A DNA stretch of 64,000 nt from Eledone cirrhosa (taxonomy: Eukaryota): contig OZ024741.1 of the NCBI GenBank assembly GCA_964016885.1, positions 108,500,001 to 108,564,000 of the forward strand. The letters are read 5' to 3'. Below, piece after piece: positions 22,936 to 37,056 of the stretch. A program made the translations under genes and the position numbers. The notes beneath the pieces are model-generated. The model was given only the letters and a program-made list of their open reading frames with translations, was not told where the DNA came from and ran no database searches. Position 1 is the stretch's first letter, and each line of letters starts with the position of its first letter.

Positions 22936-23517
22936 AATTGTTTCTACTTTTGGCACAAAGCCAGCAATTATCCCAGTGGTGCTTTATTTTATCCACCCCG
23001 AAAGGATGAAATGCAAAGTTATCCTGCGCGGGATTTGAGCTCAGGCCATAAAGAGCCGCAACTCTTTCCTGCAAAGCATGGCGTCCGACCCTCTGCTGAT
23101 ACTGCCAATTTTGATTTAGGCAACAATTTTGGAGTTGGGGAAAGTCGATTAAATCGACACCCCCGTGCGTTACTAGTACTTTTTGTTATCGAATACGTAA
23201 TTATGAAAGGCAAAACTGACATCGGCGGATTTGAAGTCAAAATGTAATGTAAAGGGACGTAACTGTTCGCCGCAAAGCATGTCGTCCTACGTTCTACCTA
23301 TATTGTCAATCAATGACCCTAATATATGTAAATAATAATTGTTTCTACTTTTTGGCACAAGGCCAGCAATTATCCAAGTTCATTACTGGTGCTTTATTTT
23401 ATCGATCCCGTAAGGATGAAAGGCAAAGTTAACCTTGGCGGTATTTGAACTCAGACCATAAAGGGCTGTAACTCTATACTGCAAAGCATGGCGTCCGACC
23501 TTCTACCGATACTGCCA
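22936..23517 (-). mobile_element. Cluster of three tandem SINE copies (~22936-23110, ~23120-23320, 23337-23517)
   Basis: Family core and tail repeated three times in the same orientation. Confidence 0.85.
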
Positions 23518-23748
23518 TATTGTGTACCACGGCAAGTTTGTGTCACAACAGTCACGTGTATTGCTGTTTATATCTAAAAGTGTCTTTATACGTTATGGAT
23601 AATCGTCTGTGAAATATATATTCAGATCTTGCATACAACTAGTTGAGTGCCAAAGTTATATTAAGTAGATATAACAAAAAGGAAAAATTCATGGAGCGGG
23701 ATAATACAGGGAATTTAAAACAACCACGCTTAGGAAAAATATGTATTA

Positions 23749-24180
23749 CTAGCAGAGGGACCCGGCGTTGCTCGGGTATTAAATAGCAGTTGTGTACACC
23801 ATTTATGTCAATTCTTCAGTGCTGCTTCGAAAACTATACTTTTACAAAATCATCGGCTTTTTCCAAAAGGGGTTCCTTCCCCCAGGGGTCCCCTACTCAA
23901 TATGTGCCAATTCTGAGCGTTCACATTCATCTGTAGGACAAACGTAGCCCATCTGTCAAGTTTTGTGAAAATCGGTTGCGAACTCCAGAAGTTATGACGT
24001 TTTGTTGCATTGCACTGCAGTGCTTCAGTCGACTCCAAGAAAGTGGTTAAAGAGGGTTATCTGCCGGGAGGCCTTATAATCAATATCTGGAAAAATGAAA
24101 GTGCCCATGACCATCCGGAGTACATAAGTAACCTATGTCTTAAGTTTGGTGAAAATACTGTAGAAATGCATGAGGTTTAA
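23749..24180 (-). mobile_element. Non-autonomous Helitron-like element (3' part)
   Basis: Minus strand ends CCCGAGCAACGCCGGG (hairpin)-TCCCTCTG-CTAG|T. Confidence 0.65.
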
Positions 24181-24194
24181 ACATACGCGCGCGC

Positions 24195-24285
<91 letters not shown>

Positions 24286-24947
24286 TGGGTGTGTATGTAC
24301 ATGTGGGTGCGTATGCATGTGTATGTCCGTCGGGGCATACGTATGTACTAGCCTAAATCTTCACTATTTACTTTTACTCTTTTAATAACCTCTGTCATTT
24401 TCGTTTTCAATTTTATTTACATCATTCTTAAACTCCGGGGCTGGAAATCATTATGTTATTTTAAATAGAATATTAGTCTAACGACTCCATTTATACCATA
24501 AACTTGGTCTTGTCTTTGCATGAAATTATTCTTCACGCTCCACATAACGACGTATTATCCTCGCTTTTTTCCCCGTTTATTGCCAGGGAACGTCTTCACG
24601 AACCAAAATATCGTCTTCCTGTTTTCGTTCAGTTGGAACGTTTCTCAAAATATTTACTTCTGCGTTCACAGATTACTCTCAGTTTAATTTGAATGGGAAA
24701 TTCCTGTTTCATCAATTTTCTCCGTAACCTTGAAAGCTTGTACCCTAAAAGTCGACCCAACGCCTCCTCGGGTCATTCTGCATAACTGTGTACATTTTCG
24801 CTGCATTCCACCAAGCCATTTCGACGTTTATCCGACTATACCTACTTACTTAAATATACAACGTCCGACCACTTCCAATTTATATAGTAGATTAAATTTG
24901 CTGGTGATTTGAGTTGTTTCAAAGACATATGGCAATCATTACATATG

Positions 24948-25043
24948 TTAACTTTGCCTTTCAGCCTTACGGGGTCGATAAAATAAAGTACCAGTAATGC
25001 ACTGGGATAATTGCTGGCCTTGTGCCAAAAATAGAAACAATTA
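24948..25043 (+). mobile_element. 5'-truncated SINE
   Basis: Core plus GGCCTTGTGCCAAAAATAGAAACAATT tail. Confidence 0.85.
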
Positions 25044-26588
25044 TATATGTATGAAGAGAAAGAAGAAAAGGATTTTATAATGAAAGTAAAATCCATAAAA
25101 CAGAGGTATTCTATAATGAAATTATTTATATTATCGATTATATATCCGAAATTGTTCGTTAGTTGCAGTCAATCATTTAGTCAGCGGTGCCAGAATCTTT
25201 ATATATTAATAATCAGCTTATAGAAGTGTTTGTTTTATTCATTTCTAATTACCTGATCTAATAAGGTGTCTGTTTTCTATGATATTTGATGGATTTTTAA
25301 ACTAAATTGATTTACTTTTACAGTGTTTCCACCTACTTCCATATAAGCTGCATACAATTAGCAGACCTTCAATTAAATATTAAAACTTCATTGAGATATT
25401 GATTTCAGAGAACACATACTCCCCCAACAATCACATATACATACATGCATACATACATTAGAGGAATGTTTTAAAGTCTTCTTTTGTCTCTGGTTCGTTT
25501 AGCGAGAAGGTGGAGCACGGCCTCTTAACCGCTGCAGATAATAATAGTTTTATTACACAGTAACTATGTAATATGTCAGCTGTGGCTTGATAACATCTGT
25601 CTTCCCTATACTGGTGACTAGTGCTGTCCATAGTTGGTTTAAGAAATACAGGGATATGGGTAGTGGGCCCGTTTAGCGGGAATTATGTGTGCAGGTCAGC
25701 GGTTGGTTTACTGTATTTTCTGAGTATTTCGTTTTACGGAGTAAGGCTATAAACGATCTTATTTACATACGTACAAACACACACACATACATATATATAT
25801 GTATATATATACATGCATAAATACATACATATATGCATACATACATAAATACACACATACATACGTACATACATTTAAGTACAAGAGACGAGTTAAATTT
25901 CGTGTGTAAGATATTTATACATGATCGTGCTGACAGACATCTAACGTTGAGTGAAAGTGGTAGGTGGGGTTTAGTAAAGAAGGAAAAAGTTAAAAAAGCG
26001 AGAGAAATATATAATGGTTGTAGGTTGATGGCTTGAGAGTTCATATTAGTGTTGTAGTGTTACACACGTATTGAGTAAAGCGGTGTTCAAATTAAGTAAA
26101 CGAATGACATGTTGGGAAAAGGTATAGTTGAGAATATTGAAAAATAAGTAATGAGGGACTGAGAATTTGTATAATAGTTTTGGATTTCCCAATTTCGGTA
26201 GTGCACTCACAGGATGATTGGGAGTCTCGATTGATGACCTGTGAATGTATAAGTGAAACTTCAGAGTAACAAGACTCACCACATAACAAGGATAATGAAT
26301 ATTTAAACTCTACTTCAATATCGAGGACTCATTCTCACCCCAGTCTATAGCATCGGATATATAAGGAAATAGTGAGATGGATTTATCTTATCGTGAATAA
26401 TAATAGGGTGGTACATAACTGATATAGATTAGTCAATATATCGATATTATGGTTCATTCAACATTTTGAAACGATCGTATATCATTGAAATAATTATGCC
26501 AAAAAATCTCGTGTTATTTGTTTTTGTTGCCAATGTTCAACCTATATATATATATATATACATATATTCACAGACACACACAAACACA

Positions 26589-26665
<77 letters not shown>

Positions 26666-26912
26666 GTATATATATATATATATAGGTGTATCAAATATGT
26701 ATGTATAAAAGCATATGACAAAACATTGTAACATGACGCTGGGAACAGGAAATTCTTGACCTGCTGGTGAATGTACATGATTAATGCTGCAACCTACATT
26801 GGCTTAGTTACACGCTCATTAGATTACTTAAACAAACCTCATGCCCGCAAAAACATAGACACTCAAGCACACACATGCTTATATATTCGTACTAGTAGTA
26901 GTAGTAGTAGTA

Positions 26913-26946
<34 letters not shown>

Positions 26947-27023
26947 CTACTACTTGTAGCTCAATGACATTCCAGAGAGACAGCGAGAGAGAGAGAGAGA
27001 GACATGGATACATAAACACATGA

Positions 27024-27241
27024 ATGGTTTCTTATATAGGCACAAGGCTATCAATTTTGGAGAAGGGGTGAGTCGATTAAATCAACCCCAGTGCGTGACT
27101 TGTACTTTATTTTATCGACCTTGTAAGGATGACAGGCAACGTTGACCTCGGCGGGATTTGAACTGAGACCGCAAAGGACAGTAACTCTATTCTCCAAAGC
27201 ATGGTGTCCGAACATCTACCGATACTGCAATCTACCGCCCT
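27024..27241 (-). mobile_element. tRNA-derived SINE, longer subfamily
   Basis: A/B boxes, core and an extra GGGGTTGATTTAATCGACTCACCCC segment before the tail. Confidence 0.85.
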
Positions 27242-27931
27242 CAGCATGCTAAGTAATAAGAAGATAAAATTCACTTTCCTCCAGTTTGCGTGTCAATTTG
27301 TTGAGTCGGCCATTCCGTTTGGAGGTACATTAAATCTTGCTTTATTACAAAACATTTTTCCCAATGCTGCACCGATTCTTCTAAACTACAAATACATAAC
27401 AGAGGCATCCTAGCCGACGTTAATTAACTTTTGTCTCGAAGGAACATTTATAAACTTAATGTATAATTTAAGGATACGGACATTTTGGCGGGAGAAGAAA
27501 GAATAAAATCAACCATAGTATTAGACTAGTTTCTTATAGTAAGTAGATTAGTAGTTAGAGCATTGGGTTTAGAATGTTGAGGTTGTGTGTTAGATTCCGG
27601 GACCTAGTGGTGCTCCAGTTTACTCAGCCGGAAGTTGTTACGTCACTGGTGCTAAGCAGTATCAGCATTTGTTTTTCTCTTGAACAACATTATTTAAAGT
27701 GCATATATAATGTATATATATATATATGTGTGTGTGTGTGCCTGTCTGAATGTCTGTAAATATCAAATGTTTAGAAGCTGGTGGTTCAATTTGAAAAATG
27801 AATTCAATTAGTCACTTCGCCGTATTTGTTTCACTTCATGCTGATATCCATTTATTCCGTTCACTCTGTTATTTTTGTTATTAGACTACATTCTGTAGAA
27901 AAAATTATGGCGAAGTTACTAATTCAATTTA

Positions 27932-28028
<97 letters not shown>

Positions 28029-28082
28029 TATGTACACATTAAGCGCGTTGAAAATTGCAAACTCGACTGTCACAACATATCA

Positions 28083-28121
28083 TGAACCTGAAGATTGCGA
28101 AAGCATGAAAGTACTTGTTCA
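28083..28121 (+). ncRNA. 39-nt minimal type-I hammerhead ribozyme
   Basis: UGAAC-CUGAAGA-U-UGC(GAAA)GCA-U-GAAA-GUAC-UU-GUUCA; lies in a ~180-bp repeat also at 30701-30885 (-) and 35613-35826 (+). Confidence 0.85.
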
Positions 28122-28237
28122 ATTAACACTTAGAATTTAATATTCTATCATACTATTTCATTATAATACCATATTATATATATTTTAAAGGATTGTAAAT
28201 AAAACGAGTAAATAAGACAAAGTTGGAATTCCTCTTA

Positions 28238-28275
<38 letters not shown>

Positions 28276-28349
28276 TATATGTATGTATATATATATATAT
28301 AAATATATATGTATGTATATATATATATATATATATATAAATATATATG

Positions 28350-28402
<53 letters not shown>

Positions 28403-28408
<6 letters not shown>

Positions 28409-28540
28409 AAAAAGGGATGAAATCGAAAATGCAACTGAAGTCTAATTTTTTTTAAAAATATATATATTTATTTTATATATATATTTTAAAAAAAAATAAG
28501 ACTTCAGTTGCATTTTCGATTTCATCCCTTTTTCTTTATA
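28403..28540. repeat. Short fold-back inverted repeat
   Basis: GAAAAAGGGATGAAATCGAAAATGCAACTGAAGTCT and its reverse complement around an AT-rich centre. Confidence 0.85.
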
Positions 28541-28596
28541 CTTCCACTCGTGTAGGACACCTCGGTTATTTTTCATTTTGTTAAAAAAAACCTCAC

Positions 28597-28662
<66 letters not shown>

Positions 28663-29299
28663 GTTGCGACATCCCCGGTTCCAAGCTGTATTGGCCATTA
28701 CCTTCCTCTTGGAAAATATCGCTGGAGAGGACAGGAGAGACTAATATGCATGAACGTTGTTATCGAGGTGTATTTTATTAACTGGTAGTTCAATGTTTTG
28801 AGCCAGGTATAATAAATATCAAAATTGATCTTAGCGTTGCTTGAAATCATAAAATAACCAGAAATTATGATCCGTTGTTTGAGTAATATTATTGCACACA
28901 CACGCACACACATATATACATGCTCCCCCACCCCCGCACACACACATAGATCAGGATTTGGAGAAAATGGCCCATTCAAGTAGTGAGTTATTGTTTATGG
29001 AGACATGTCTGGAGACATACCCGGATGTAGGACGTTTATCCGGGATTTCTGGAAGGAATTGTCCAAAGGCTTTTGGAATTTTATGGGAACCGTTTCGGTT
29101 TTTAAGTGTTTTGGTAAGTGAGATGGTTCAGGTGAAATAATTGTGCTGTAATGTTGCTATGAGATGCGAGTTTGATGTTTGTTGTGGGCAGATAGCACAG
29201 GGCCCATGCCTTGGGTGCACTTTAAAGATGAAGCGACCATTTTAGCAACGTTGCTGCAATATTTTGCACATCATGCAGCGGATTTGGAAAGAGAAGAGT

Positions 29300-30240
29300 T
29301 TGATCTTTTCTAGTCACCCCAATAGTCAATGCATGTCATGCCGTCTATCATTTTTGTGTTTGACCTATGAGATGCTACAATTTTCATAATACTTTGTTTT
29401 GTGTCGGGAGACCAGAGTGGACAACAGTATTCAAGGTGAGGTGGGGCAAAAGTAGTAAGAAAAGGATAATTGTGTTCATATCATTCGACTACAAAGTTCT
29501 GAGAATCGACGAACACATTGTATGGGCCATATCTAATTTGCTGTTGAGAGTTTCAGTGCATCATCTTTTCCAATGTGCATTAATTCGAATCTATCCCCGT
29601 TCGCCTATTGGATAACCACAAGTAGATATGATTGAAGGCACGTCCGGTCGCTCATTCCATTAATGAACTTCTGGATCTTGGAAACATCTACAAAGATTCT
29701 TATGTTGCTGTGCTTGATGACGCCAGTAATATCAGATATAAATAATTGTTTTTACTTTTGGCACAAGGCCAGCAATTAACCAGTACATTACTGGTACTTT
29801 ATTTTATCGATCCCGTAAGGATGAAAGGCAAAATTAACCTCGGAAACCCAATGTGCCCAGTGCACTGCCTTGTGGAACGCCACTACTGACTTTGGCTGGG
29901 CTGGATTGTACTCCTTCGACTAGACTACAACATTTTGCGCTCTGTTTGTCAGGAGACAGTTGATCCACTGCAGCAACTTTCCAGAGACACCAATGTGTTT
30001 TCAGTAGAATGTCCTGAACAACCCTATCAAAAGCCTTGCTGAAAAAAAGGTAGATGATATCAGTATTGGAGCCCTATCCCAACGCTTTTAAAATTTCATC
30101 CAACGATGCAGGAGCCCACGTTAGGCAGCCCTTCTATTTTGGAACCCATGCTGCTTGGAGTTCAGTAGATTGTTGGTATCAAGAAAGTGAGAAATTCGTG
30201 ATCTCACCGGTCTCTCATATATCTTAATGATATGAGAGTT
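29300..30240 (-). pseudogene. Decayed CR1-like RT fragment interrupted by a SINE fragment (29743-29843)
   Basis: Minus-strand remnants QHGF, FSKAFDRV, SGVPQGSALG, PHLEYCCPLWSP. Confidence 0.75.
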
Positions 30241-30591
30241 ATATGTAATATATAAATATAATAGCCAACTGACAGAGAACGAAGGACAAACACGGAAGGA
30301 GATATGAACTCTTCCATCTAAATATGTATGTAAAAACTAATAATTTTTCTTCCTCTTTTTGTTATTCGCATAAATATGCAGCATAACTACATTATGCATA
30401 TCCGCATCTGAAAAAGCATATAATGCTGAAACCGGTACCATTATTAAATGCAGAAATATCCACTTTATAAATAAATGTTTTGATATTACACTGAAAGAAT
30501 CTCTTCAGCATTTTCTACTGAAAAAAATCTTTTTCCTCTCTACTATATTTGTTTTTTATATATATCAAATCGTATGTTCCTTTTCTACATT

Positions 30592-30701
<110 letters not shown>

Positions 30702-30885
30702 ATATACACGGGTGTGTATGATTGTGTATAAAAGATTATATTAATAAAAGAAATTCCAACCTTGTCTGATTTACTCGTTTTATTTACAATCCTTTAAAAT
30801 TTATAATGGTATTAGAATGAAATAGTATGGTAGAATATTAAATGTTAAGTGTTAATTGAACAAGTACTTTCATGCTTTCGCAATC

Positions 30886-33800
30886 AGCCTCTCCCGGAAG
30901 CTCATCTCTTTCATTGTAGCAATCCCTTGGTGTAGCTTCGTTGGATTGCTTCAAGTTCTGCAATTAGTTTGAGACTGTGGGCCATCACAGCTGACAGCAA
31001 TAGTGCAGTCGCCTGATGACGAAAGTCCTCCAGAGGACCAACATGGTTTCCGAGTCTCTTGTTCTGAATGTCCTCAGAATCCAACCTACCAGCCAACTAC
31101 ATATTGCCATCATTTTGCTGATGTGTGCATGCAACGATGCATCGTCGTTCATCTCAATACCCAGATCCCGTATTGATTTTGAGTCTGGGATTTCGATTCT
31201 TCCTGGACCAATGTACCTTTATTGTGATGGTCCTATATTTCTGGGTTAATAGCGGAGGGCTTGAAACTTACCTGCATTAAATTGCATACTGTTGTTTTCA
31301 GCACATCCGTATATGACATCTACATCATGTTGTACGAGAGTAGCGTCAGTCGGTTTCTTGATTGCATGTGTTACTTTCGTGACATCAGCGTCACTTGTGG
31401 GGGAGACTGTCCGTATTACAGAGGGCATGCCTGAGAGAGCCACCATAACACTAGTCGCTCCAAGATAGTTCCCTGGAGCACGCCGCTTGTGATTGACATT
31501 TCCTTTAAGAGGGCCCTGTTGGCTGCAACGGTCTGGCTTCTCTCTTTTAAGAAGTCATGAAGCCATTCACCTATTTTCCAGCTATTCCCAAGCTACGTAG
31601 TTTGTGACATATCATTCCATGATCAAACTTTTCGAAGGCCGTCACAAAAATCGAGATATATCATATCCACGTTGAACCATCTTATGGCTGTTTGAGTATC
31701 CAGTCATAATGCTTCAGAATCTGCGCAAGACAGCTTCCACTCGGTCGAAACCCTGCTGGGCGTCAGTTAGGATACCATTTTCCTCTTGAAAAGTAATCAA
31801 TTTCCTTCTGATGATTCGTTCCATGAATTTACTGATATGTGACTTCAGGGAGATAGGTCTGTAGTTTTTAACTTCTGCTCTGCTTCCTCCTTTATGGATT
31901 GGACATATGACTTATTTTAGTCTTCCTGGTAGTATACCACTTGCAAGGGATCTTTAGAGGTGGTTTTCGTAATGTTCGCTTGCATGTTTTTAGGAGGATT
32001 GCTCGGAAACTATCACAGCCAGCAGCTGTATTTGATCTCATCTCATGTATGGCTGATATTATATCTTTCACCCTTATATCTATGTAGTTGATGGTTGCCA
32101 TTTCTCTGTGTTATGCAGTTTTGTTAAAGAACTCATCTGGCTTATTTATTTGCATGTGTCTCATTAGACGTATGTAAACACTTATATATTGTTCATGCAG
32201 TACCTCACTTATTCCTTGGTGGTCTGAGGTCAATGAGTCACTTTTATGTAAAAGTTGCGTACTTCACAGTATGCCAAGGTGGTCACTTTTCCAAATTTTA
32301 AGAAGACCTTAGATTTCGTCTTCATGTTTTCTATATCACTGACTTCTCTTTCTGCCTTCTCGTTTTCATGGGAGAGTTTGAGATCAGTTACAATTTGAAA
32401 CAGAGCCTGCTTCAAATGGGATTATTTTATGTTCTGTACTTGTATATGCAGCCGGTTTGAGATCTTTGTTGTTCTCATAGAGTTTCTGTTGTCTCTAGGA
32501 ATAATATGTTTGCGTTTGTTGACCTTTTTTTCTGTGGTAAACCTGGAGCATATAGCCTGTATTATTTCCATGAATTGCTCACATTTTATGTTGACATCTT
32601 TCATAGAGAGATTCTCGATCCAATTTTGCTTCAGGAGCTTCTCCTGAATCCTTTTGCACTTAGCTTTGTGGTAGTTTAATCTGGATAATGAGCGAATGTT
32701 GCCTGTCAGCTGTATATCTAGGGGCTTCCTTGGACTATACTTTATTCCTAGTTCTACTATGTTAGGGTCCGAGAAGATCATTGGTGTCATATTCACATTG
32801 TAAAGGAGCTCAGTGTTATTCGTGAAGCAGAGATCTAGGGTAATCCCACCTCTTGTTGGATGAAGTACCATTTGTTCCATGTAGTCTGTGTTTGTAAGGT
32901 CAAATAGAGATTCTGCCTTTGTTCAAAAGCCGTCATTGCTGAGAGGGGCTGGTCTTCGGGCCATTTGACCTTGGGAAGGTTAGTATCTCCCAGGAGTAGG
33001 ATGGTGAGACTTTGATACAGATTAATTAGCACGTTTTCCGTCTTTCCGTGTTTATCTTCAAATGTATATTCATGACTTGGGACAAATGGTGATCGATATG
33101 TGGTAAATATTACCATTTGCTTTACGTGCATTATCAGCGTATCACATACAATTGGAATGTGACAACAGTACTAATGGTGTGAAATCTTCACGGATGTACA
33201 CATCAACTCCACCATGAGTTCTCTCCCTCCTGTCAGTACGAAATACAACATACAATACATACAAATATGTGTATTTCCGCATCTACTATGCTGGCTGTCA
33301 GGTGAGTTTCAGTTAGTGTCATGCATAATGTTTATTCGCTTGTGGCTAGGTTCCTAAGCTTGGGGATCGTTCACATGTTTGTAAGTTTTAGCAGGCCTCT
33401 GACATTTAGTGATAGCATTGGTCTGACATTTGTGATGTCAGTGGAGGCTGCTGATATGACATTTGCGTGTGTATAAGTTGTGGCCAACCTGGGTCCTTTA
33501 TTTGTGGTGGTCGCAAATATTGTTGTACCTGACTTTGGTTTCGAATTTGATGATGTTAAGTCTGCTTTCTCACAATCGTTTCCGCATGTTTAAAAAGACT
33601 GTGGTTCCGCAGCTACAGGCTGTACTGCTTCCGCATACTGTCTCCTGTGACCATGTGTGCTGTGTTGTTTGCCCATGTTGGTTTTGGTTTGAGTATTTGG
33701 CATGAATTGTTTGGGTGCAGTTTGCATAGAGCATGGGATGGCAAAACTGCTGCTTGTCCCAGCTTCTCCATGCCAGCAGGTCCTTTTCTTGTAGAATTTA

Positions 33801-33907
33801 AAGAGTATTTGGGGTTCCTTTTCCCCAGGTTCTCTGATGACCTTAGTTCTAGTCCTCTGTCTTAGCATTTATCCACTGGTTGCCTCCTGTCTCTCCCTCT
33901 CTCTCTC

Positions 33908-33978
<71 letters not shown>

Positions 33979-34003
33979 AGTAAAGACATTCTGAGAAATG
34001 ATT

Positions 34004-34049
<46 letters not shown>

Positions 34050-34200
34050 AATCATATAATTGAGTAAAATGACAGGAGGCTGGACAGGTTGAATTCCTTC
34101 AAATATGTATTCCTGCAAACATACTGCACACTTGGAGAGTGCCATTTTTATCAATCAGAGGGTCATCAGTGGAGACAATGACCTTGTATTTTTTCTCAAA
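30886..34200 (-). pseudogene. Decayed CR1-like LINE (ORF1 remnant + EN + RT), many stops and frameshifts
   Basis: LNVRGL, LTETHL, GGVDVYI, LLGDTNLP, PTRGGITLDLCFTN, MQFNAGKFQALRY, ELEAIQRSYTK; KFYKKRTCWHG zinc-finger-like ORF1 remnant. 5' limit uncertain. Confidence 0.8.
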
Positions 34201-35514
34201 TGAAAATAACACTTTGGAATTAAGGTTGATATTCTCAATGGTCCATTTCTCCACGGCTGTTCTTTGGTTATTGATGATGGTCTTCGTTCATTATTGAAGA
34301 TTACATTTTTTTTATTCGAGCTGTATGATAGCAGTCGAATGTGTATGTTGCTGTTGGCAATGTTTGCTATTTTTATTTTTCTGATAATAGTTTTTCTGTT
34401 TGAGTGGGTTCTGCACTTTTATATGTGTGAAAAACCTGTCAACGTGTAATAGCTACATTAAGTTTTCTAAGAATGTCTTTACTAACCAGTTCTGATTTCT
34501 TTTTGGCAGGGTTTATGAGTCTGCAAGTTAGTTTATTAATGAAATCATCCTTATGATCTTTACGTGTAGTAGAGGCTTCTCTCCTAACCAAGCTACTTGT
34601 TATCTGCTTTGAGGGTGATGGTTATATGCGTCGCCTCATTATTGTTGGCATTATAAATAGCAGGGTTAGCTTTTTTATTATTTAGACTGTATGGTCTTGA
34701 TCAGTAGGTGGTTGTAGGTGGAAGGATTTAGTTCATAAAGATTGTTGGTTTTATCTTATAAGATGAATGTTTTATCAGAGGATCGGAAGTTTTTTATGTG
34801 TATACTTGTTTATTCTGAAAGGGGTTGGAGTATTTTCGGAAAGATGTTAGCAACTAGATTAAAATAATGAGCTTCAAAAGTAGCGAGGTAATTTATCTGT
34901 GGGTACATTCTAGATTCAAGTTGAAAATATTAGCTGAACTTGATAATTTTCCTTCGAAAGCCAGTGCCCTAAATCTCAATAAACTCCATTAAATGGAATA
35001 TATTAGAGAAATCAATCCCTATATCAATGGGACAAAATTTTGCCTGCATGTAATTCGAAAAAGTGTAATACATTATCGCAACTGGCTTCAGAGAAACAGT
35101 TCTTAAATATTCACCTCGGCTGCATCAGTCGTTGAAAATGGTATAGACCAGATTAACTGATTTTAATTTTAAAGAATTTAATATCTTTAATATCTTTGAA
35201 TTTAATATCTTTGCATGAGTTTTCCCCATCGTAATGTTTTTCTTTTTATAGTTACCGCCATTTACATTATATAAAAAATGTATTCATTCATAGCTAAATT
35301 CGAAATTACCTGCCCTCGAGGAACTCTCGTGTATCTCCCCAAAACTTCAAAATAATATGTGGAGGAAGCCATTACTACTTTATATAACAGGTTGAATAAT
35401 TTGGGGTATATTACCCAACGAAACCAGAGTAACTGTAATATGTCACTGTAGTAACTAATTATATTTATCTCGCCCTATAGACTGAGTGCACTTATCCTTG
35501 GATATTTCTACCAC

Positions 35515-35606
<92 letters not shown>

Positions 35607-35630
35607 GTATATGACTGTCACCACAGAATA

Positions 35631-35669
35631 TGAACCTGAAGATTGCGAAAGCATGAAAGTACTTGTTCA
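35631..35669 (+). ncRNA. 39-nt minimal type-I hammerhead ribozyme
   Basis: Identical to 28083-28121. Confidence 0.85.
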
Positions 35670-35841
35670 ATTAACACTTAACATTTAATATTCTACCATA
35701 CTATTTCATTCTAATACCATTATAAATTTTGAAGGATTGTAAATAAAACGAGTAAATCAGACAAAGTTGGAATTCCTTTTATTAATATAATCTTCTATAC
35801 ACAATCATACACACCCGTGTATATTTATTTATATATATATG

Positions 35842-35871
<30 letters not shown>

Positions 35872-35872
<1 letters not shown>

Positions 35873-36203
35873 TATTAATTCAAAATATTAACAAATGTAG
35901 ACATTCGTGTGATCAAGTATATTTTATTATACATATTTCAGAGGTACTGAGCTATATTCAACAGTACGTCCTCATCAGATAAAATAAGATGATACATGAC
36001 ATACCTTGACTCAGTAGATGGTTAAAATTCAGTCATGCCACGACTGAATTGTAACCATCTACTGAGTCAAAGAAGTCATGCATCATCTTATTTTATCTGA
36101 TGAGGACGTACTGTTGAATATAGCTCAGTACCTCTGAAATATGTATAATAAAATATACTTGATCACACGAATGTCTATATTTGTTAATATTTTGAATTAA
36201 TAT
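35872..36203. repeat. Fold-back inverted repeat (~163-bp arms) with one hammerhead per arm
   Basis: Arms are near-perfect reverse complements around a ~7-nt loop; hammerheads at 35920-35986 (-) and 36089-36155 (+). Confidence 0.92.
36089..36155 (+). ncRNA. Minimal type-I hammerhead ribozyme
   Basis: UAUUUUAU-CUGAUGA-GGAcGUACUG..CAGUACcUCU-GAAA-UAUGUA-UA-AUAAAAUA; 8-bp stem I. Confidence 0.8.
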
Positions 36204-36297
36204 TAATAACTCCGGAAAACCATTACTGTGGAATGCTTCTAATCTATTGTAAAACTTTATTCATTGATTTATTCATTGAACCTTGTTTAACCTTTAA

Positions 36298-36324
<27 letters not shown>

Positions 36325-36337
<13 letters not shown>

Positions 36338-36982
36338 TGTAGTTCCTGTCTGTTTGTTTGTTTGTTCACGAACTCCTCCTATGCTTTTGGAGAGAGACCC
36401 GCATAACCATATATATTCTGAAACTACATTGCCCGGGGTACTTCGATAAGTATATTTCATTTTAATCAAAGGGATTCCTCGGGGGAACAAACTCCCGCTG
36501 AAAATGTTCTCCCTTCGATTTATATGAAATTTAAACCATAGGTAAATGACAAGATATGATGTCTATTTACAAAATTCCAGCAAATTTCAATAATATTAAG
36601 ACACGCTAATGGGGGTTAAACCCCCTATTAGGGTTCCCGGGGGCACAAAGCCCCGCTGAAAATTGTTTCCCTTCGATTTATATGAAATTTAATCAATAAT
36701 TAAATGACAACATATGATGCTTATTTATAAAAGTTTTGAATTGATATTTTGAAAAACATTATTTACAAGAAACAAAATAAGAATAAGATTTAATAATGTA
36801 ATTTTCATTTGATATGTTACAAGAAATAATGTTTTCCAATTTTTTATGCATTACATTTTACATTGAGTAATATTGAAATACAGAGGTTTTCTCCATAAAT
36901 TATATCACTGATTTAAAATCAATCATCATTTTCTTACAAAAAGAAATGTGTTAAACGCAGCCAAGCGCGGGTAATTCGGCTA

Positions 36983-36983
<1 letters not shown>
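36325..36983 (+). mobile_element. Non-autonomous Helitron-like element with an internal ~160-bp tandem duplication
   Basis: 5' TATATAAA..GTCTGTTTGTTTG..AACTCCTCC; 3' GC-rich segment then CTAG|T; internal repeat starting at 36471 and 36631. Confidence 0.65.

Positions 36984-37056
<73 letters not shown>

Noticed and set aside
30404-30430. CUGAAAA hammerhead-like motifs (here and 45655-45700 minus)
   Set aside because: C3-A8 mismatch and poor stem I; not called as ribozymes.
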